DNA of 64,000 bases from a virus (IMGVR_UViG_3300021540_000004:1-64000); one strand, 5' to 3'; shown: positions 25,560 to 37,581, counted from the stretch's first letter. The notes: a model not told the origin generated them from the letters alone. Made by a program: numbers and translations.

Positions 25560-26078
25560 TTAATTACTCCATGTTTTCTTTGCTTTCTTTTCATCAATAA
25601 CAAACCATTCTAACCCTTTTGCAAGGACTTTCTCTTTTAATTTTTTAATATCTGTACTCCCAAGAGATTTTCTATGTTTACCTTCATAATATCGGTATAC
25701 CCATGTAAATCCTTGATTACATGAGTTTGTTTTCGTTTTACCAACCCTAAAAAATCCAGTAGAATTGTTATGTCCTTTACACATATTTTCTTTTGATTTT
25801 AATGAAAGAGATATTCCTTTATGATGAATATTTTGATGGTCTGATGGAGTTATTGGTTCTAAATTCCATATTTCGTTGTTGGTAATATCTTTATCTATAT
25901 GATGTATGTGTATTCCGTTAGGGAACTCTTCTTCTAAACTAATTTTATAAAAATCTTCAAATACTAATCTATGAAATAGTTTTGAGAAGTTCCCTTCTTT
26001 TACACTACTAATTCTATAATAACCATTTCCATCTTTTGTAGCATTGCCAAATTTGGTACATATTGTTTCATTATTCAT
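25560..26078 (-). CDS. HNH endonuclease, paralog of 9445-9933
   Basis: FHRLVF...IHHIDK..NN.I.NLE...H; same N- and C-terminal domains as 9445. Confidence 0.85.
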   Translation of the reverse strand: MNNETICTKFGNATKDGNGYYRISSVKEGNFSKLFHRLVFEDFYKISLEEEFPNGIHIHHIDKDITNNEIWNLEPITPSDHQNIHHKGISLSLKSKENMCKGHNNSTGFFRVGKTKTNSCNQGFTWVYRYYEGKHRKSLGSTDIKKLKEKVLAKGLEWFVIDEKKAKKTWSN

Positions 26079-26777
26079 TATTTGTTTCCTCCTAATTCGA
26101 CCATTTTCTGCTTAGTTCTTTGTCGTTGAATATTGTTTTTTCTTGACATTCTTTTAATTCACTTGCATTGTTAATAAACCATTTTAAGCACATGTCTTTC
26201 TTTGGATTATAATTAGTACAATTTAAATGAATATTTTCTTTACAATTATCACATTGCAAATCATTACCTGTTTTGTTTTTACAATATAACTCGTTGTCTT
26301 GTGTGAAACGAAATTCACAATCTTTAAATTCCATAAACTTTAGTCTCCTCTCTCACTCATATTATCTGGGAATAAAACTACTTTGGTGCAGGTTTGTTTT
26401 TCAAGTGGAATGTCTCTTTCACTTTCAGCCATTTCTGCCCCATTGTTTACTTCCCAACCTATATTCAATTCATTTATTGGTAGTGGTAGTCCATCGTTAC
26501 CGATTATTTTGAATTCTGCATCCATATTATACTCGATTAATTCTTTAATAATGTCTCTTATCTTAGCCATTTTATCATCAACCCCTTTTAGAGTATTGTT
26601 TTCCATTTAATTAAATCAATAATAATTATAATATAGAATGTAGCATAGGTTACAATCCATATTACTGTTAATAAACTAGTTTTACCATATTTTAAGAATA
26701 TGATTCCTAGTATTATGAATAATGTATTGAATATTAAAAGGAAATTTTTTTGAATAAATTTTTTCATACGAAACCAT

Positions 26778-26993
26778 TTATTTTATTATTTTGAATGTGT
26801 CGTAGTCTGTGTTTAAAGCTAGACCGGAACCATTATCCCATTTTACGTGTATTTGACCTATGTCATCTACGAATTCTATTACACCTTGTGTTCCTGTTGG
26901 TGGTGCTTGTATATCATCCATATGTATTAGTTCTACACGTGTTCCTGTGGTGTATATTTTTTGGTTAATGTGGGTCATTGTTGTTCCTCCCAC
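26778..26993 (-). CDS. DUF4314 family protein
   Basis: GTRVELIHMDD.QAPP.GT.G.I.FVDDIGQIHVKWDNGSGL.L. Confidence 0.8.
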   Translation of the reverse strand: MGGTTMTHINQKIYTTGTRVELIHMDDIQAPPTGTQGVIEFVDDIGQIHVKWDNGSGLALNTDYDTFKIIK

Positions 26994-27104
26994 ATTCTTT
27001 GTATGTCTTCTTCTGTTGGGATTGGATTGTATTTTTCGTAGTCTCCGTTTTCTTGCATTATTTGGAAGTCTTTTTCCATTAGTTTTATGTTTTTCATCAT
27101 TTTT

Positions 27105-27190
27105 TTCTCACCTTTAATTTTTTTTCTTTTGGGTTCTTATAATATATATTATATTTTACTAGTATATAAAAGTTTCCATTTCAAAAACTA
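27105..27190 (-). promoter_or_regulatory. Conserved BRE/TATA promoter plus CCCAAAAGAA leader
   Basis: Minus strand ATGGAAACTTTTATATACTAGTAAAATATAATATATATTA; leader motif at 27124-27133. Confidence 0.75.
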
Positions 27191-28081
27191 TAAAAAAAGA
27201 CCAACAAAACACACACCCATTAATCAACTAACTCAAAACTAACACCCCACTTACACAACTCCAAATTCATAACCTCACAAATAAACTCATTCAACTCCCC
27301 AGGATCAACATCACAATCCTCATCAGAAATAACCCGCAAAGTCAACTCATAAGAAACCATCAAAAATCAATCCCCTGATTCTTAATATCCCTAAAAATCA
27401 AATCCAACAACTTAATACCATACTCATACTCAGGAGTAGGATTACGATTATTCATAGACACCAACATCTCACGATAATCCTCCAATATAACACCTATCGC
27501 ACCAACATCACCCATCATAAATCACCTTTTCCAAACATTCATGGAACTGAGATACATTATGGAAGTTAAGTTGAAAAAATAATAAACACATATCATTTTC
27601 AGCAACATAATGCTCACAACCTTTATGGACATTTTTATTTGGTTTAAAATACTTACAATCATATCTCAAACCAACATAACACTCCCATATCCTATCACAA
27701 ACAACAGTATCATTCCTTACCTTTTCTTTGAAATAATAACAATCATAACATGATTCAGCCATAGTGTACCCCCTCTTCTGTAAATTATTCTCTATGAAAT
27801 TTTTAATTATTCTAAATCCTCTCTAACTTCATTAATCCAATAATCAATATCCTGCATATCATCATAAAGTTCCAAATGCCCCACTAACATAGATACAATT
27901 GCACATTGAACATTTAATTCCTGGACAACAGCAAATGCATCCTCTAAAGGATATAATATAATCTCACTATCAAAACCAGTCTTCAACTTATCCAAATTAT
28001 CAATTAACGTTAAACAATCATTCTCCACATCCTCAACAGCCTCAAAACGAACATCCATAATCCCACACACACCAAAAAAAA

Positions 28082-28402
28082 CTATTCTATTTTAACAACT
28101 TTACAAACATCTGTTCGACTATCAGGCACTTCTAATGTTACCTTTTGCCCCACTTTAATTTTACAATAATCTTGTATACTAACCGGATATTCTTGAATAA
28201 TATAATGTTCTCCAGCAGGATTTCTTTCACTAATAACATATACAACATTAACCCAATTATCATAATCAAAAGGGCTATTCCCATTTCCCATACCAATTAT
28301 ATGCTTACTATCTACATACATTGTTACCTGGGTTGCATTTACTGTTCCGATACACAAAAGTATCGCAATTACTGCTAGTATTAATATTAATTGTTTATTC
28401 AT
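28082..28402 (-). CDS. Secreted small protein (paralog of 16902-17180)
   Basis: Signal peptide; PVS..DY.KIKVGQKVT. Confidence 0.6.
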   Translation of the reverse strand: MNKQLILILAVIAILLCIGTVNATQVTMYVDSKHIIGMGNGNSPFDYDNWVNVVYVISERNPAGEHYIIQEYPVSIQDYCKIKVGQKVTLEVPDSRTDVCKVVKIE

Positions 28403-29553
28403 TTTTCATCATCCTTACTTCAAAATCCTGACAAGGACACTTACCACATTCCACAAACAACCGACCTTTATCAGTTTTATATTTAGGTAACAAACAATAC
28501 CCTACAAAACTAGACGCCTTACTACTATTAAATTTACAATCTTTATAATCCATTATTCCCCATCCAATAACTTAAAAATAACCTTATCATCATCAACCTT
28601 AGTCAAATCATCACATAAAACATTCTGACAAAACTTCCTCTTACTAGATATGAAAAAATAAGTATACACTGGATCTTTCATATCAATACTAAAAGTCTTA
28701 GTCTTACTAATACACTTCAAACCATGATTATCACAAACACCCCTTAAAACCTCAGGCATAATCTCACAAAAACTCATAACCCTTACAATCTCATTAAGAG
28801 AATCCAACGTTACATAACAAAAACTTGAATTATCCTTTAAACCTTTATTCAAATCATCACGTAAATTTTTATAATAATCATCATTAACTTGTCTTTCATT
28901 AAGGCAGGCTTTTTCTAATTCATCAAGACCATCAATATACTTATCAAAAATATTATCATTCATACTCTTTCACCTTCTAATCTTTTCCTGGCTACAGTAA
29001 ACGGTTCTTTCTCACCAGGAATATTACGTCTAACTATATGATTAACTCTCCTAATATTAGATGATACAAAATTACCATCCAAAATCATACCCCTGAAACT
29101 ATTCATAAACATAAAATACTCCAATTTCGTTTTATCAGGTAAATCTGAATCCCATAACCTACGAGAAACATATACTGTATGTATATCATAATCCCTTAAC
29201 GTTAATTTTTCATCTTTCAAATCTTCTAACGATACAAAAACCCAGTTATTCATTCTACAAACACCTATTATCCTATTTTTTTTAATCTATTCTACTTATT
29301 TTTATGAAAATATAAGCTAACAGAAACATCAATGTCCTCCTTTTCTTCTTTAAAACTACTAATAAGTCCAACAATATCATCCAACTTAAAATTATCATCC
29401 AATGGAAACAATTTATTTCCAAATAACCCATTGGATAACTCTACTTCATAATAAAATAATGTCCAAGGTAAAATCTTCACAATATTTAAAATTCCTTCAT
29501 TCGCATTTTTTAAAATTACAGTTGAATCAGTTTCTACAATATCCATAAAACCA

Positions 29554-31155
29554 TTACACTCCTATTTTTTCTTTTATTAATTGTAACTGCTCTTTATTCC
29601 AGTTACATTTTTGTAGTTCTTTTACTATTTTTTCTGCTGTTTTTTTGTTTTTATATGAGCCGTACCATACACTTTTTCCTCCAACTTGTTTTTTAATATA
29701 GTATCTTGTTTTGTTGGGTGTTCGTTTATCTTCATAGATTAATTTACTTGTATCTCCTCTTGTTTTACATGATTTGTAACCTATACTTTCACGTATATTG
29801 TCTAGTTGTTTTTTATCCCAGTCCACTTTTTTTAAGTGGTTAGCTACTTTTAAAGCGATTTTTTTAGTGGAATAACTACCATAAAAAACTTTATCTTTTA
29901 CTATTATCCATTTACTGTATTTTCGGGATTTTGCATAATAAACATAATTGGATTTACTTTTCACTGGTTTTAAATCAGGAGTGACGATATTATCATATGT
30001 TAAAACAGTTGATATTTCTTCACCACTATAGGCTAATTCTATAAAATCATTCCATGTAATATTAAATTTGTCTAAAGCATCATTTATGAGATATTTAGTA
30101 GTGTCTAATGTTTCTGCCATTGCAGGAATTGAATTAATATTAAATTCTCTTATGAAAAAAGCAATGTCTTCTATAAAATTAGTATAATGTTCTTCGTTTA
30201 AATCATGATTAATTTTAACTCTGCGTGTGGGATATGCTGGTAATTCCATATTTTTGTATGGATTTTCACATGGTTCTGCTAGTTCAACTACTTTATTAAT
30301 ATCCCAATCATATTTTTCATATAAGTCTCTTTCATGTAATGTGTCTTCGGGGTTTTTGAAACTAAAATAGATTTCATTGTCTTTAGATAGAAATTTTCTA
30401 CAAATCCATTTGTTCGTTTCTTTATCATAGTAGATATGTCTCCAGAAATGTAGGGTGTTGATGTAATATTCTGGGTATTCTTTTTTTATTTTGGGTAATT
30501 TTGTTTTGTCCCAGTTGTTTTCGTATAGTTTTAGTCTTATGTATTCAGCGAATTCCTGGGTGGTGTATGATCCATAATATTTTTTGTTGTACCATACTTG
30601 GTAGCTGTTGGGTCCTTTTTCTGTGACATATCCTTTACCATATGTTGATTGTTGGCGGTTTTTTCTTGGTTTTAGTTTTTCAGGTATTGGATATTTTAAA
30701 CCATTCTTAATATAAGGATTGTCTGTTATTAAATCATACTCTGATGCTTTACCTATAATATAATCATTGCTTCTTGCAATATCTCTGTAGTATAATGCTT
30801 CTTCAATACTCTTGCAAGTACCCATATATCGTGGAAGACCTTTTTTATTATTCTTCGGTCGATTAACTTCATAGTAATAATCACCATTACACTTAATATA
30901 CTTATAATACTGATTAATCTTATCTTCATCAGTAAGTATAATATTTTTATCCCAATCAGATTCAATTAACTTATCACGAACAGCAACAGCCTCATCAAAA
31001 CTATCATAAGTACCAAAATAATACTGTTTACCATTGATAACTTTACGAACCTTAAACTTACCAGTACTGGTTTTATCAATATTTTTACCAAACCATTTCT
31101 GATAATCCGATTTACTATCACTTTTATTATCTATTAAACCATCAGTTACTATCAT
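29554..31155 (-). CDS. Multi-AP2-like-repeat DNA-binding protein with central HTH (533 aa)
   Basis: About six repeats of Y(F/Y)GxYxxxxxAxxxxxxLxxxxW(D/N); central SIPAMAETLDTTKYLI HTH-like segment; colinear with 38028-39590. Confidence 0.7.
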   Translation of the reverse strand: MIVTDGLIDNKSDSKSDYQKWFGKNIDKTSTGKFKVRKVINGKQYYFGTYDSFDEAVAVRDKLIESDWDKNIILTDEDKINQYYKYIKCNGDYYYEVNRPKNNKKGLPRYMGTCKSIEEALYYRDIARSNDYIIGKASEYDLITDNPYIKNGLKYPIPEKLKPRKNRQQSTYGKGYVTEKGPNSYQVWYNKKYYGSYTTQEFAEYIRLKLYENNWDKTKLPKIKKEYPEYYINTLHFWRHIYYDKETNKWICRKFLSKDNEIYFSFKNPEDTLHERDLYEKYDWDINKVVELAEPCENPYKNMELPAYPTRRVKINHDLNEEHYTNFIEDIAFFIREFNINSIPAMAETLDTTKYLINDALDKFNITWNDFIELAYSGEEISTVLTYDNIVTPDLKPVKSKSNYVYYAKSRKYSKWIIVKDKVFYGSYSTKKIALKVANHLKKVDWDKKQLDNIRESIGYKSCKTRGDTSKLIYEDKRTPNKTRYYIKKQVGGKSVWYGSYKNKKTAEKIVKELQKCNWNKEQLQLIKEKIGV

Positions 31156-31188
31156 ACGAAAAAAACAACCTATAAATTTCCTTTTTGT

Positions 31189-32247
31189 TTAGTTTACATA
31201 ACGTTTATGATTATACTGTATTTCATCATCATCCTCAACAACATATAACTTTGTAGTTTCCAAATTAGTATGACCTGCCATTATACGTATCTGCTCTAAA
31301 GGAACATCTTTACTTAATAATGAACAGCAAAAACTTCTACGGAACCTGTGTGGGTGTACATTAACAACACCTGCTCTTTTTCCCACTTGTTTTAAACTAT
31401 ACTCAATACCACCAGTACCTAAACGTGTATTTGGTTTGTTATAACTAACAAGTAATGCAGCATTAGTATCAGTCCTTGAATCAAGATAATTTTTAATAGC
31501 TACTTTACTGGAATCATTAAAATAACATTTACGCTCTTTACTACCTTTACCCATAACATAAAAAGTATTATTATTAAAATCCAAATCATCACGATTAATA
31601 TTAGATAACTCCGATACCCTTACACCACTACTTAATAATAATTCAAATATTACTTTTTCACGTAAAGTTTCACAATTATTACGGAGCAATGCAAGTTCCT
31701 CAGAACTGAATGGTTGTTTAACCTGTTTCAGTTGTTTAATACCCTCAATTTTCTTCATAGGATTACGGAATATTAAACCTTCAACATTACAGAAATTATA
31801 AAAACTAGATAAATACCTACGATAATTATCAACAGTACGAGGTGTTGTTCCTTTCTCTAAAAGATGATTAAACCATTCACGAATATCATCACTAGTCATT
31901 TCAGCCAAACCTTTATCATGAAACTTTAATAAATAGGATATAACATCATTATATACGGTTAATGTTGTTTCAGCTAAACCCAATAAACGTTTAGTTTTAT
32001 TAAACTGCTCTATCAATGTATTATTCATCTTTTCATAATCTATATCCACACTTACTTCAGAAGAAACAGAATAATTCTTAATAACAATATTTAATAATTT
32101 ATTCAATTCAGATAATTGTCTTGCATTCAAAAATTCCTGCATATCACGAATAACATTATTAATAAGAACATTACATTCATTATTATCTGATGTAGTGTAG
32201 AAATCATTTAAAATAGCATTTCCAACATTCAAATTTATAGAATTCAT
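31189..32247 (-). CDS. Tyrosine recombinase (XerA/integrase-like) #1
   Basis: SGVRVSEL, GKGSKER, HPHRFRR, AGH...TTKLY: complete R-K-H-R-H-Y set. Confidence 0.93.
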   Translation of the reverse strand: MNSINLNVGNAILNDFYTTSDNNECNVLINNVIRDMQEFLNARQLSELNKLLNIVIKNYSVSSEVSVDIDYEKMNNTLIEQFNKTKRLLGLAETTLTVYNDVISYLLKFHDKGLAEMTSDDIREWFNHLLEKGTTPRTVDNYRRYLSSFYNFCNVEGLIFRNPMKKIEGIKQLKQVKQPFSSEELALLRNNCETLREKVIFELLLSSGVRVSELSNINRDDLDFNNNTFYVMGKGSKERKCYFNDSSKVAIKNYLDSRTDTNAALLVSYNKPNTRLGTGGIEYSLKQVGKRAGVVNVHPHRFRRSFCCSLLSKDVPLEQIRIMAGHTNLETTKLYVVEDDDEIQYNHKRYVN

Positions 32248-32284
32248 ATCCCAAAATCACCATCCATTAATCATATCTTTTTTT

Positions 32285-33379
32285 TTAGAAGTTAGTGTAT
32301 TTTTTATGAGTCATTGCAATTGTCTCATCATCCATATCAAGATACCTCAATGTAGTCTCCAAGCTCACATGACCCATTAACTTTTGAACTTGATCTATAG
32401 GCATACCTTTCTTGATCATTGTCGTGCAAAAAGTCCTCCTGAATTTGTGTGGATGTATATCTATATCCAAATATTCACCTATCCGTCTAAAAACCTTATC
32501 AACACTTGTAATTGATAAAGGACTACCAATATTTATGTTTGATTCTTGAACAAACATATAAATACTATCATCCTCCCTTAATCGGAGGTATTGGAGCATG
32601 TAATTTTTTGCTTTTTCACTAAAATAGATTACTCTTTCTTTATCACCTTTACCATGGACTAAACCTTTACATTCATCAAAATTAATATTATCCGTTTTCA
32701 AACTAACTAGTTCACCAACACGAATACCACTACTTAATAATAATTCAAACATTGCTTTTGTCCGCATTGTCCGAATGCTTAATTCATTCTTATTCTTAAG
32801 ATAAATATTCCTATTAATGAACCATCGCATTTTCTCTATTTCCTCATAAGTAAATGCTTTTTTAATCTTTTTAGGTTCTTTAACTGGAGGAATACGTAAC
32901 ATTGGATTTATTAAAATCTTCTCTTCATCAGTTAAAAATCTAAAAAAGGAAGATAAATTCCTACGCATATTATTAATAGTTGCTTTACTACAACCATTCT
33001 GTTCTTGATAAAAAATAAGAAAATCTTTTAAATCTTCACTGGTTAATTCCAGAAACGATTTAATAGACCATTTCTTCAATGCATTTAAAGAATACTTATA
33101 AGCACCTATAGTTTTTTTAGATAAACCTTTAATTTTTTTAACTTTAACAAACTCTTTAATTAAAATTTCATTTGTTTTATCATAATCCAAATCATGATTT
33201 TTAGGATTATCTGCAAATGTTAAATGGTTTGTATTATAGTATAATGATTTATTTAATTCAGATAATTGTTTATTATCCAGTAAATGTTCCATTCCACCTA
33301 ATACATCTTCAATGAATTGTTTTTTATATTCACCAGTTATTGCTTGAAGTTCATTAATCATATTATACATCAACTCCAC
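32285..33379 (-). CDS. Tyrosine recombinase #2
   Basis: SGIRVGEL, GKGDKER, HPHKFRR, MGH...TTLRY. Confidence 0.93.
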   Translation of the reverse strand: MELMYNMINELQAITGEYKKQFIEDVLGGMEHLLDNKQLSELNKSLYYNTNHLTFADNPKNHDLDYDKTNEILIKEFVKVKKIKGLSKKTIGAYKYSLNALKKWSIKSFLELTSEDLKDFLIFYQEQNGCSKATINNMRRNLSSFFRFLTDEEKILINPMLRIPPVKEPKKIKKAFTYEEIEKMRWFINRNIYLKNKNELSIRTMRTKAMFELLLSSGIRVGELVSLKTDNINFDECKGLVHGKGDKERVIYFSEKAKNYMLQYLRLREDDSIYMFVQESNINIGSPLSITSVDKVFRRIGEYLDIDIHPHKFRRTFCTTMIKKGMPIDQVQKLMGHVSLETTLRYLDMDDETIAMTHKKYTNF

Positions 33380-34916
33380 TAACGTCTAATTCACCATTCA
33401 TCAATAAAGGTAACATTTTATCTAATAACTCTTTTAAGTATCTATTTTCTTCATTATTCCACATTAAAACATTTTGTATCCATAAACCCATCATCATACT
33501 AAACATTTCAGATAATGATTCTTCCTTACTATTTTGTTCAAATTTAACCTCATTCTTCTTCTTAGATAACTGTAAATACTTTAAAGGAGTATAATCTAAA
33601 TCTTCAAAAGTCAAATCTTCCATCTTATCAGGGTTTGTTTCTAATAATTGTTTTAAATTATTAAATATGGCATTAGCTTGTTTATTATCTACATTAACTG
33701 TTTGAATATCAAATTCTTTAGCTAATGTTTGATTAATAGTTAATTTAACTAAACCTCTGCGAGTATCGCATCTTTTAATATCATTAATAATGTCCTTGAA
33801 ACTTCTATGTTTCTTTAAACTCTTTTTAAAATCAAATTTTATATACTTGGATGGGGATAAATCATAATCCTTTTCTCCCACATCTTTAACATTAACTGTT
33901 ATGCAGTATTCCTCTTGGTCTTTTTGGTTTTTTATCGCTTCTGAGATTTCCACTAAATCTTCATCAGTATAATACAAGAAAGTTTTTGTATATACTCTTG
34001 TTTTCATATGGTCTTCGCCTTTCTGCTTTCTTTCAAACAAACCCGTAGGTTGTGATTTAATAAATGTGATTTTACCTTTTCGATTATCTGGTTTAGATTT
34101 TCTAACTTTCAATATAGTGGTTGGAATATCTGTATTAGTAAACATTTTACCAGGAACATTTATAACAACATCTAATAAATCATTATCAACTAGGAATTTA
34201 CGATATATTTTTTCATCTGTTGAAGATAAAACACCATTAGGTAAAATGAATACTCCTACTCCATCATCTGTTAATTGGTCTAATGCTTTAAACACGAAAG
34301 CATAGTTTAAATTCTTATCAAAATTAAAATCATTGGTAATTACTGTTTTTTCTAAGTGTAAATTAAATGGCGGATTAGATATTACTGTATCTACTTTAAC
34401 ATCAGCATTTGGCAATACATTTACTAATAATCCATCTTGCACAGTATATTCTTTAACTCTTTTATCAAACAATACATCTTCTGTGTACACTTTACAATTC
34501 ACTTTATTATAACATAATTTAAATAGTAAAAATGGTAGAACAGTTGTATCTAATTCTTTTAATATGTAACTGCATTGCTCATGAGATTTAAACTTTTCTA
34601 ATGTTAAACTACCCATTCCACAACACATATCATAGATTATGTTTTCATTTTCATGGTTAGATAACATTGCAACCAGTTTACTTAAACTCTTTGGAGTGTA
34701 ATCCTGACTTAAACCTTCACGATCACTTAACCAGAATTCATATAAACCCTGAAGATAATCAAAGTCATCATCTTTTGTAAGTTTATCATATGCTTTAATA
34801 AGTTTACTTAATTCTTTTTTATTACCAATCGTTTTTATTAAAGTATTAGGTAATTCTGAAACATCTTGAATGTTTAATGTTTTTAATAGTTTATTTGTGA
34901 ATTTTTTTAATTCCAT
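33363..34916 (-). CDS. N6-adenine DNA methyltransferase (HsdM-like)
   Basis: QDYTP, YDMCCGMGSL (motif I), SNPPF (motif IV), FILPNGVL. Confidence 0.88.
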   Translation of the reverse strand: MELKKFTNKLLKTLNIQDVSELPNTLIKTIGNKKELSKLIKAYDKLTKDDDFDYLQGLYEFWLSDREGLSQDYTPKSLSKLVAMLSNHENENIIYDMCCGMGSLTLEKFKSHEQCSYILKELDTTVLPFLLFKLCYNKVNCKVYTEDVLFDKRVKEYTVQDGLLVNVLPNADVKVDTVISNPPFNLHLEKTVITNDFNFDKNLNYAFVFKALDQLTDDGVGVFILPNGVLSSTDEKIYRKFLVDNDLLDVVINVPGKMFTNTDIPTTILKVRKSKPDNRKGKITFIKSQPTGLFERKQKGEDHMKTRVYTKTFLYYTDEDLVEISEAIKNQKDQEEYCITVNVKDVGEKDYDLSPSKYIKFDFKKSLKKHRSFKDIINDIKRCDTRRGLVKLTINQTLAKEFDIQTVNVDNKQANAIFNNLKQLLETNPDKMEDLTFEDLDYTPLKYLQLSKKKNEVKFEQNSKEESLSEMFSMMMGLWIQNVLMWNNEENRYLKELLDKMLPLLMNGELDVSGVDV

Positions 34917-34934
34917 TAAATTGTTCCTCTCTTT

Positions 34935-35414
34935 TTATGTTATGATTGATGCAACCATTTCTTTAGCTTTATCTTCAGTTAAGAAACGACCATAATAATC
35001 ACCATTAATGTAAACAACATAAACTTGTTCATCTTCTAGCCAGTAGTAATATTTTGGCTGGAAATTTAATGTATTAATGGTTTTTTGATGTAATTTACTT
35101 TTATCCCATCCAACTTTTTTTAACTTACGAACAATATTTTTAGCAGTGCTTTCTGATTCAACAGAACCATAATAAACACCACTTTTACGGATATAATATC
35201 GTCCATTACGTTCAAAATAAAACTTATTCTGAACTTTATTTTTAAAGAATAATTCACTCGCTTCACCTGTTAAAGATGAATCTTTCCAATTAACTTTATC
35301 CAATTCATTTACTAGGAATTTCGCTTCTTCTTCAGTATCTACTGTTGTATAATACTTATTTTTTTTACGAATAACATACTTGCCTGATGCTAGTTTAAAA
35401 TAACATTTAACCAT
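34935..35414 (-). CDS. Small protein of three AP2-like repeats
   Basis: YYTTVDTEEEA...VNW; YYGSVESESTA...VGW; YYGRFLTEDKA. Confidence 0.65.
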   Translation of the reverse strand: MVKCYFKLASGKYVIRKKNKYYTTVDTEEEAKFLVNELDKVNWKDSSLTGEASELFFKNKVQNKFYFERNGRYYIRKSGVYYGSVESESTAKNIVRKLKKVGWDKSKLHQKTINTLNFQPKYYYWLEDEQVYVVYINGDYYGRFLTEDKAKEMVASIIT

Positions 35415-35430
35415 AAAGAAACACTTCCAT

Positions 35431-36507
35431 TTAGTCTGTTAGTTTTTTATGAGTATGTTTTAATTCAGATTCATCAATAATAGTGTATAACTGTGTTGTA
35501 CTAATTCCTTCATGTCCAAGGTATTCTTTTATCTGTTCAATAGGAACTCCTTTTTTCAAAAGATTACTTGCCATCGTACGTCTAAAACGGTGAGGATGAG
35601 TATTTTCCACTCCACAACTTCTTCCAACGTTACGGACTAATCTTTCAACACCATTCGTCCCTAATTGGTTATGTGGTTTTTTAGAAGATACGAATAAATA
35701 AGGATTATTATCTGTTCTTTCATCCAAATACTGTTCCAATAAGAATTTAGTTGTTTCATTAAAATAACAGACACGTTCCTTATTACCTTTACCTAATACA
35801 ATACAAGTTTTATTACTTATATTAACATCATCAAGTTTTAATCCAACTAATTCACCTACACGCATACCACTACTTAACAGTAATTCAAATATGGCCTGGT
35901 CTCTTAAACTTTTTTTATTAAAAGCAAAACGTAACCTGACAATCTCAGCATTACTAAAAGGTTTCTTAACCCTAACAGGTTCTTTAATCTTATGAATACC
36001 TACTAATGGATTATTAAAAATCAAACCATGAATAGTTAAATATTTAAAAAATGATCTTAAATTACGAACATAATTATTAATCGTAACAACACTAATACCC
36101 TCCTCCTGTTTACACCTCATGAAATATTTAATATCCTCCGCGGTAATCTCCTGTAAACCTTTAGGAACATACTTTAAAAAAGAATCAACCGTACTCCCAT
36201 ACAATTGTAATGTCTTTTCAGATAAACCCTCAACACGTTTACCATCTAAAACAAAATTGATTAACTTCTCATTAGTAACACTAACATCCTCATTGAAATC
36301 AACATATTTAACACTGAAACTATAATCAGCAGCAATACGTTTCAAGTTATTATTTAATTCTACAAATTGTCTGCTTTCAAGTAAATCTTCCATGTCATGT
36401 AAAACATTATTAATTAGTGATTGTGCTGCACCATTATCAAAATCATTATAGATTTCTTTACTTACAGCACCACCAAAACCTTCTAATCCAGTATTTAAAC
36501 CCAACAT
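35431..36507 (-). CDS. Tyrosine recombinase #3
   Basis: SGMRVGEL, GKGNKER, HPHRFRR, LGH...TTQLY. Confidence 0.93.
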   Translation of the reverse strand: MLGLNTGLEGFGGAVSKEIYNDFDNGAAQSLINNVLHDMEDLLESRQFVELNNNLKRIAADYSFSVKYVDFNEDVSVTNEKLINFVLDGKRVEGLSEKTLQLYGSTVDSFLKYVPKGLQEITAEDIKYFMRCKQEEGISVVTINNYVRNLRSFFKYLTIHGLIFNNPLVGIHKIKEPVRVKKPFSNAEIVRLRFAFNKKSLRDQAIFELLLSSGMRVGELVGLKLDDVNISNKTCIVLGKGNKERVCYFNETTKFLLEQYLDERTDNNPYLFVSSKKPHNQLGTNGVERLVRNVGRSCGVENTHPHRFRRTMASNLLKKGVPIEQIKEYLGHEGISTTQLYTIIDESELKHTHKKLTD

Positions 36508-36513
36508 AATTTT

Positions 36514-37581
36514 TTAGAACTCCATATATTTTTCATGATTTATTTTTAATTCATCCTGATCAACAATTGCATAAATCAAAGTAGTATCAGCATTAGAATG
36601 ACCTAAAAATTTACTAACTTGCTCTAATGGTGTGCCTTTACGCAAAGCATTAGTCGCCATCGTCCTTCTAAATTTATGCGGGTGTGCATGAACACCAGAA
36701 CTCTCACCATACTCCCTTATCAACCTTTCAACACCCGTAACCTGCAACCTATTATGAGGCTTTTTAGAAGAAACAAATAAAGCCACATTATTATCCTCAC
36801 GAGTACTAAGATAATTCTGCAAAGCAACATTAGTCTGACTATTCATATAACAAGTACGCTGCTTATTTCCTTTACCTGTAACAATAAAACTATTATTATT
36901 AAAATCAATACTAGTACGATTTAAATTAACCAACTCACCAATACGAATACCACTACTCAACAATAATTCAAAAATAGCTAAATCACGTTCTTTATTATGA
37001 TTAATCTTATTCTTCTTATGACTATTCTTCTTATCAAAAATAATAGCATTACGCAACAAAGTAATTTCCTTAGCAGTAAAAGGCTCCTTAACAGACTTCT
37101 TAGATTTAATAGCTGGAAGTTTACGCATAGGACTATCAATAATATACTCCGATTCAATAAGATAATTATAAAAACTACTTAAAACACGTCGCACATTATC
37201 CACAGTACTATTACTACAACCATTCAAATCTTTATAAAACTTAAAATAATCCTTAATATCATTAGTAGTTAAATCAGTTAAAGGTTTAACCGCCCAATCA
37301 CTAAAATTCTTCAAAGTACTACGATAATAACTAATCGTCCTTTTACTACAACCCTGTAATTTCTTCTCAGAAGTAAAATTACGGATTAACTCCTCATTAG
37401 TAACATCATAATCCAAATCCACCACAGGCTTATCCTTAATATTCAAATCATCAGTATGCCTATTCAATGATTTATTCAACTCAGTTAATTGCCTATTATC
37501 CAACAAACCATTCATACTTTCTAATACATCATCAATGAATCGTTTCTTATACTCTGCAAAAACAACATCATACTCTTCCAT
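36514..37581 (-). CDS. Tyrosine recombinase #4
   Basis: SGIRIGEL, GKGNKQR, HPHKFRR, LGH...TTLIY. Confidence 0.93.
   Translation of the reverse strand: MEEYDVVFAEYKKRFIDDVLESMNGLLDNRQLTELNKSLNRHTDDLNIKDKPVVDLDYDVTNEELIRNFTSEKKLQGCSKRTISYYRSTLKNFSDWAVKPLTDLTTNDIKDYFKFYKDLNGCSNSTVDNVRRVLSSFYNYLIESEYIIDSPMRKLPAIKSKKSVKEPFTAKEITLLRNAIIFDKKNSHKKNKINHNKERDLAIFELLLSSGIRIGELVNLNRTSIDFNNNSFIVTGKGNKQRTCYMNSQTNVALQNYLSTREDNNVALFVSSKKPHNRLQVTGVERLIREYGESSGVHAHPHKFRRTMATNALRKGTPLEQVSKFLGHSNADTTLIYAIVDQDELKINHEKYMEF

Larger units (their letters stand above)
14624..26606 (-). other. Dense array of about 35 small co-oriented hypothetical genes, many paralogous
   Basis: ORF track plus short unlisted ORFs; overlapping ATGA start/stop junctions; GGTG/GGAG SD sites. 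Confidence 0.7.
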
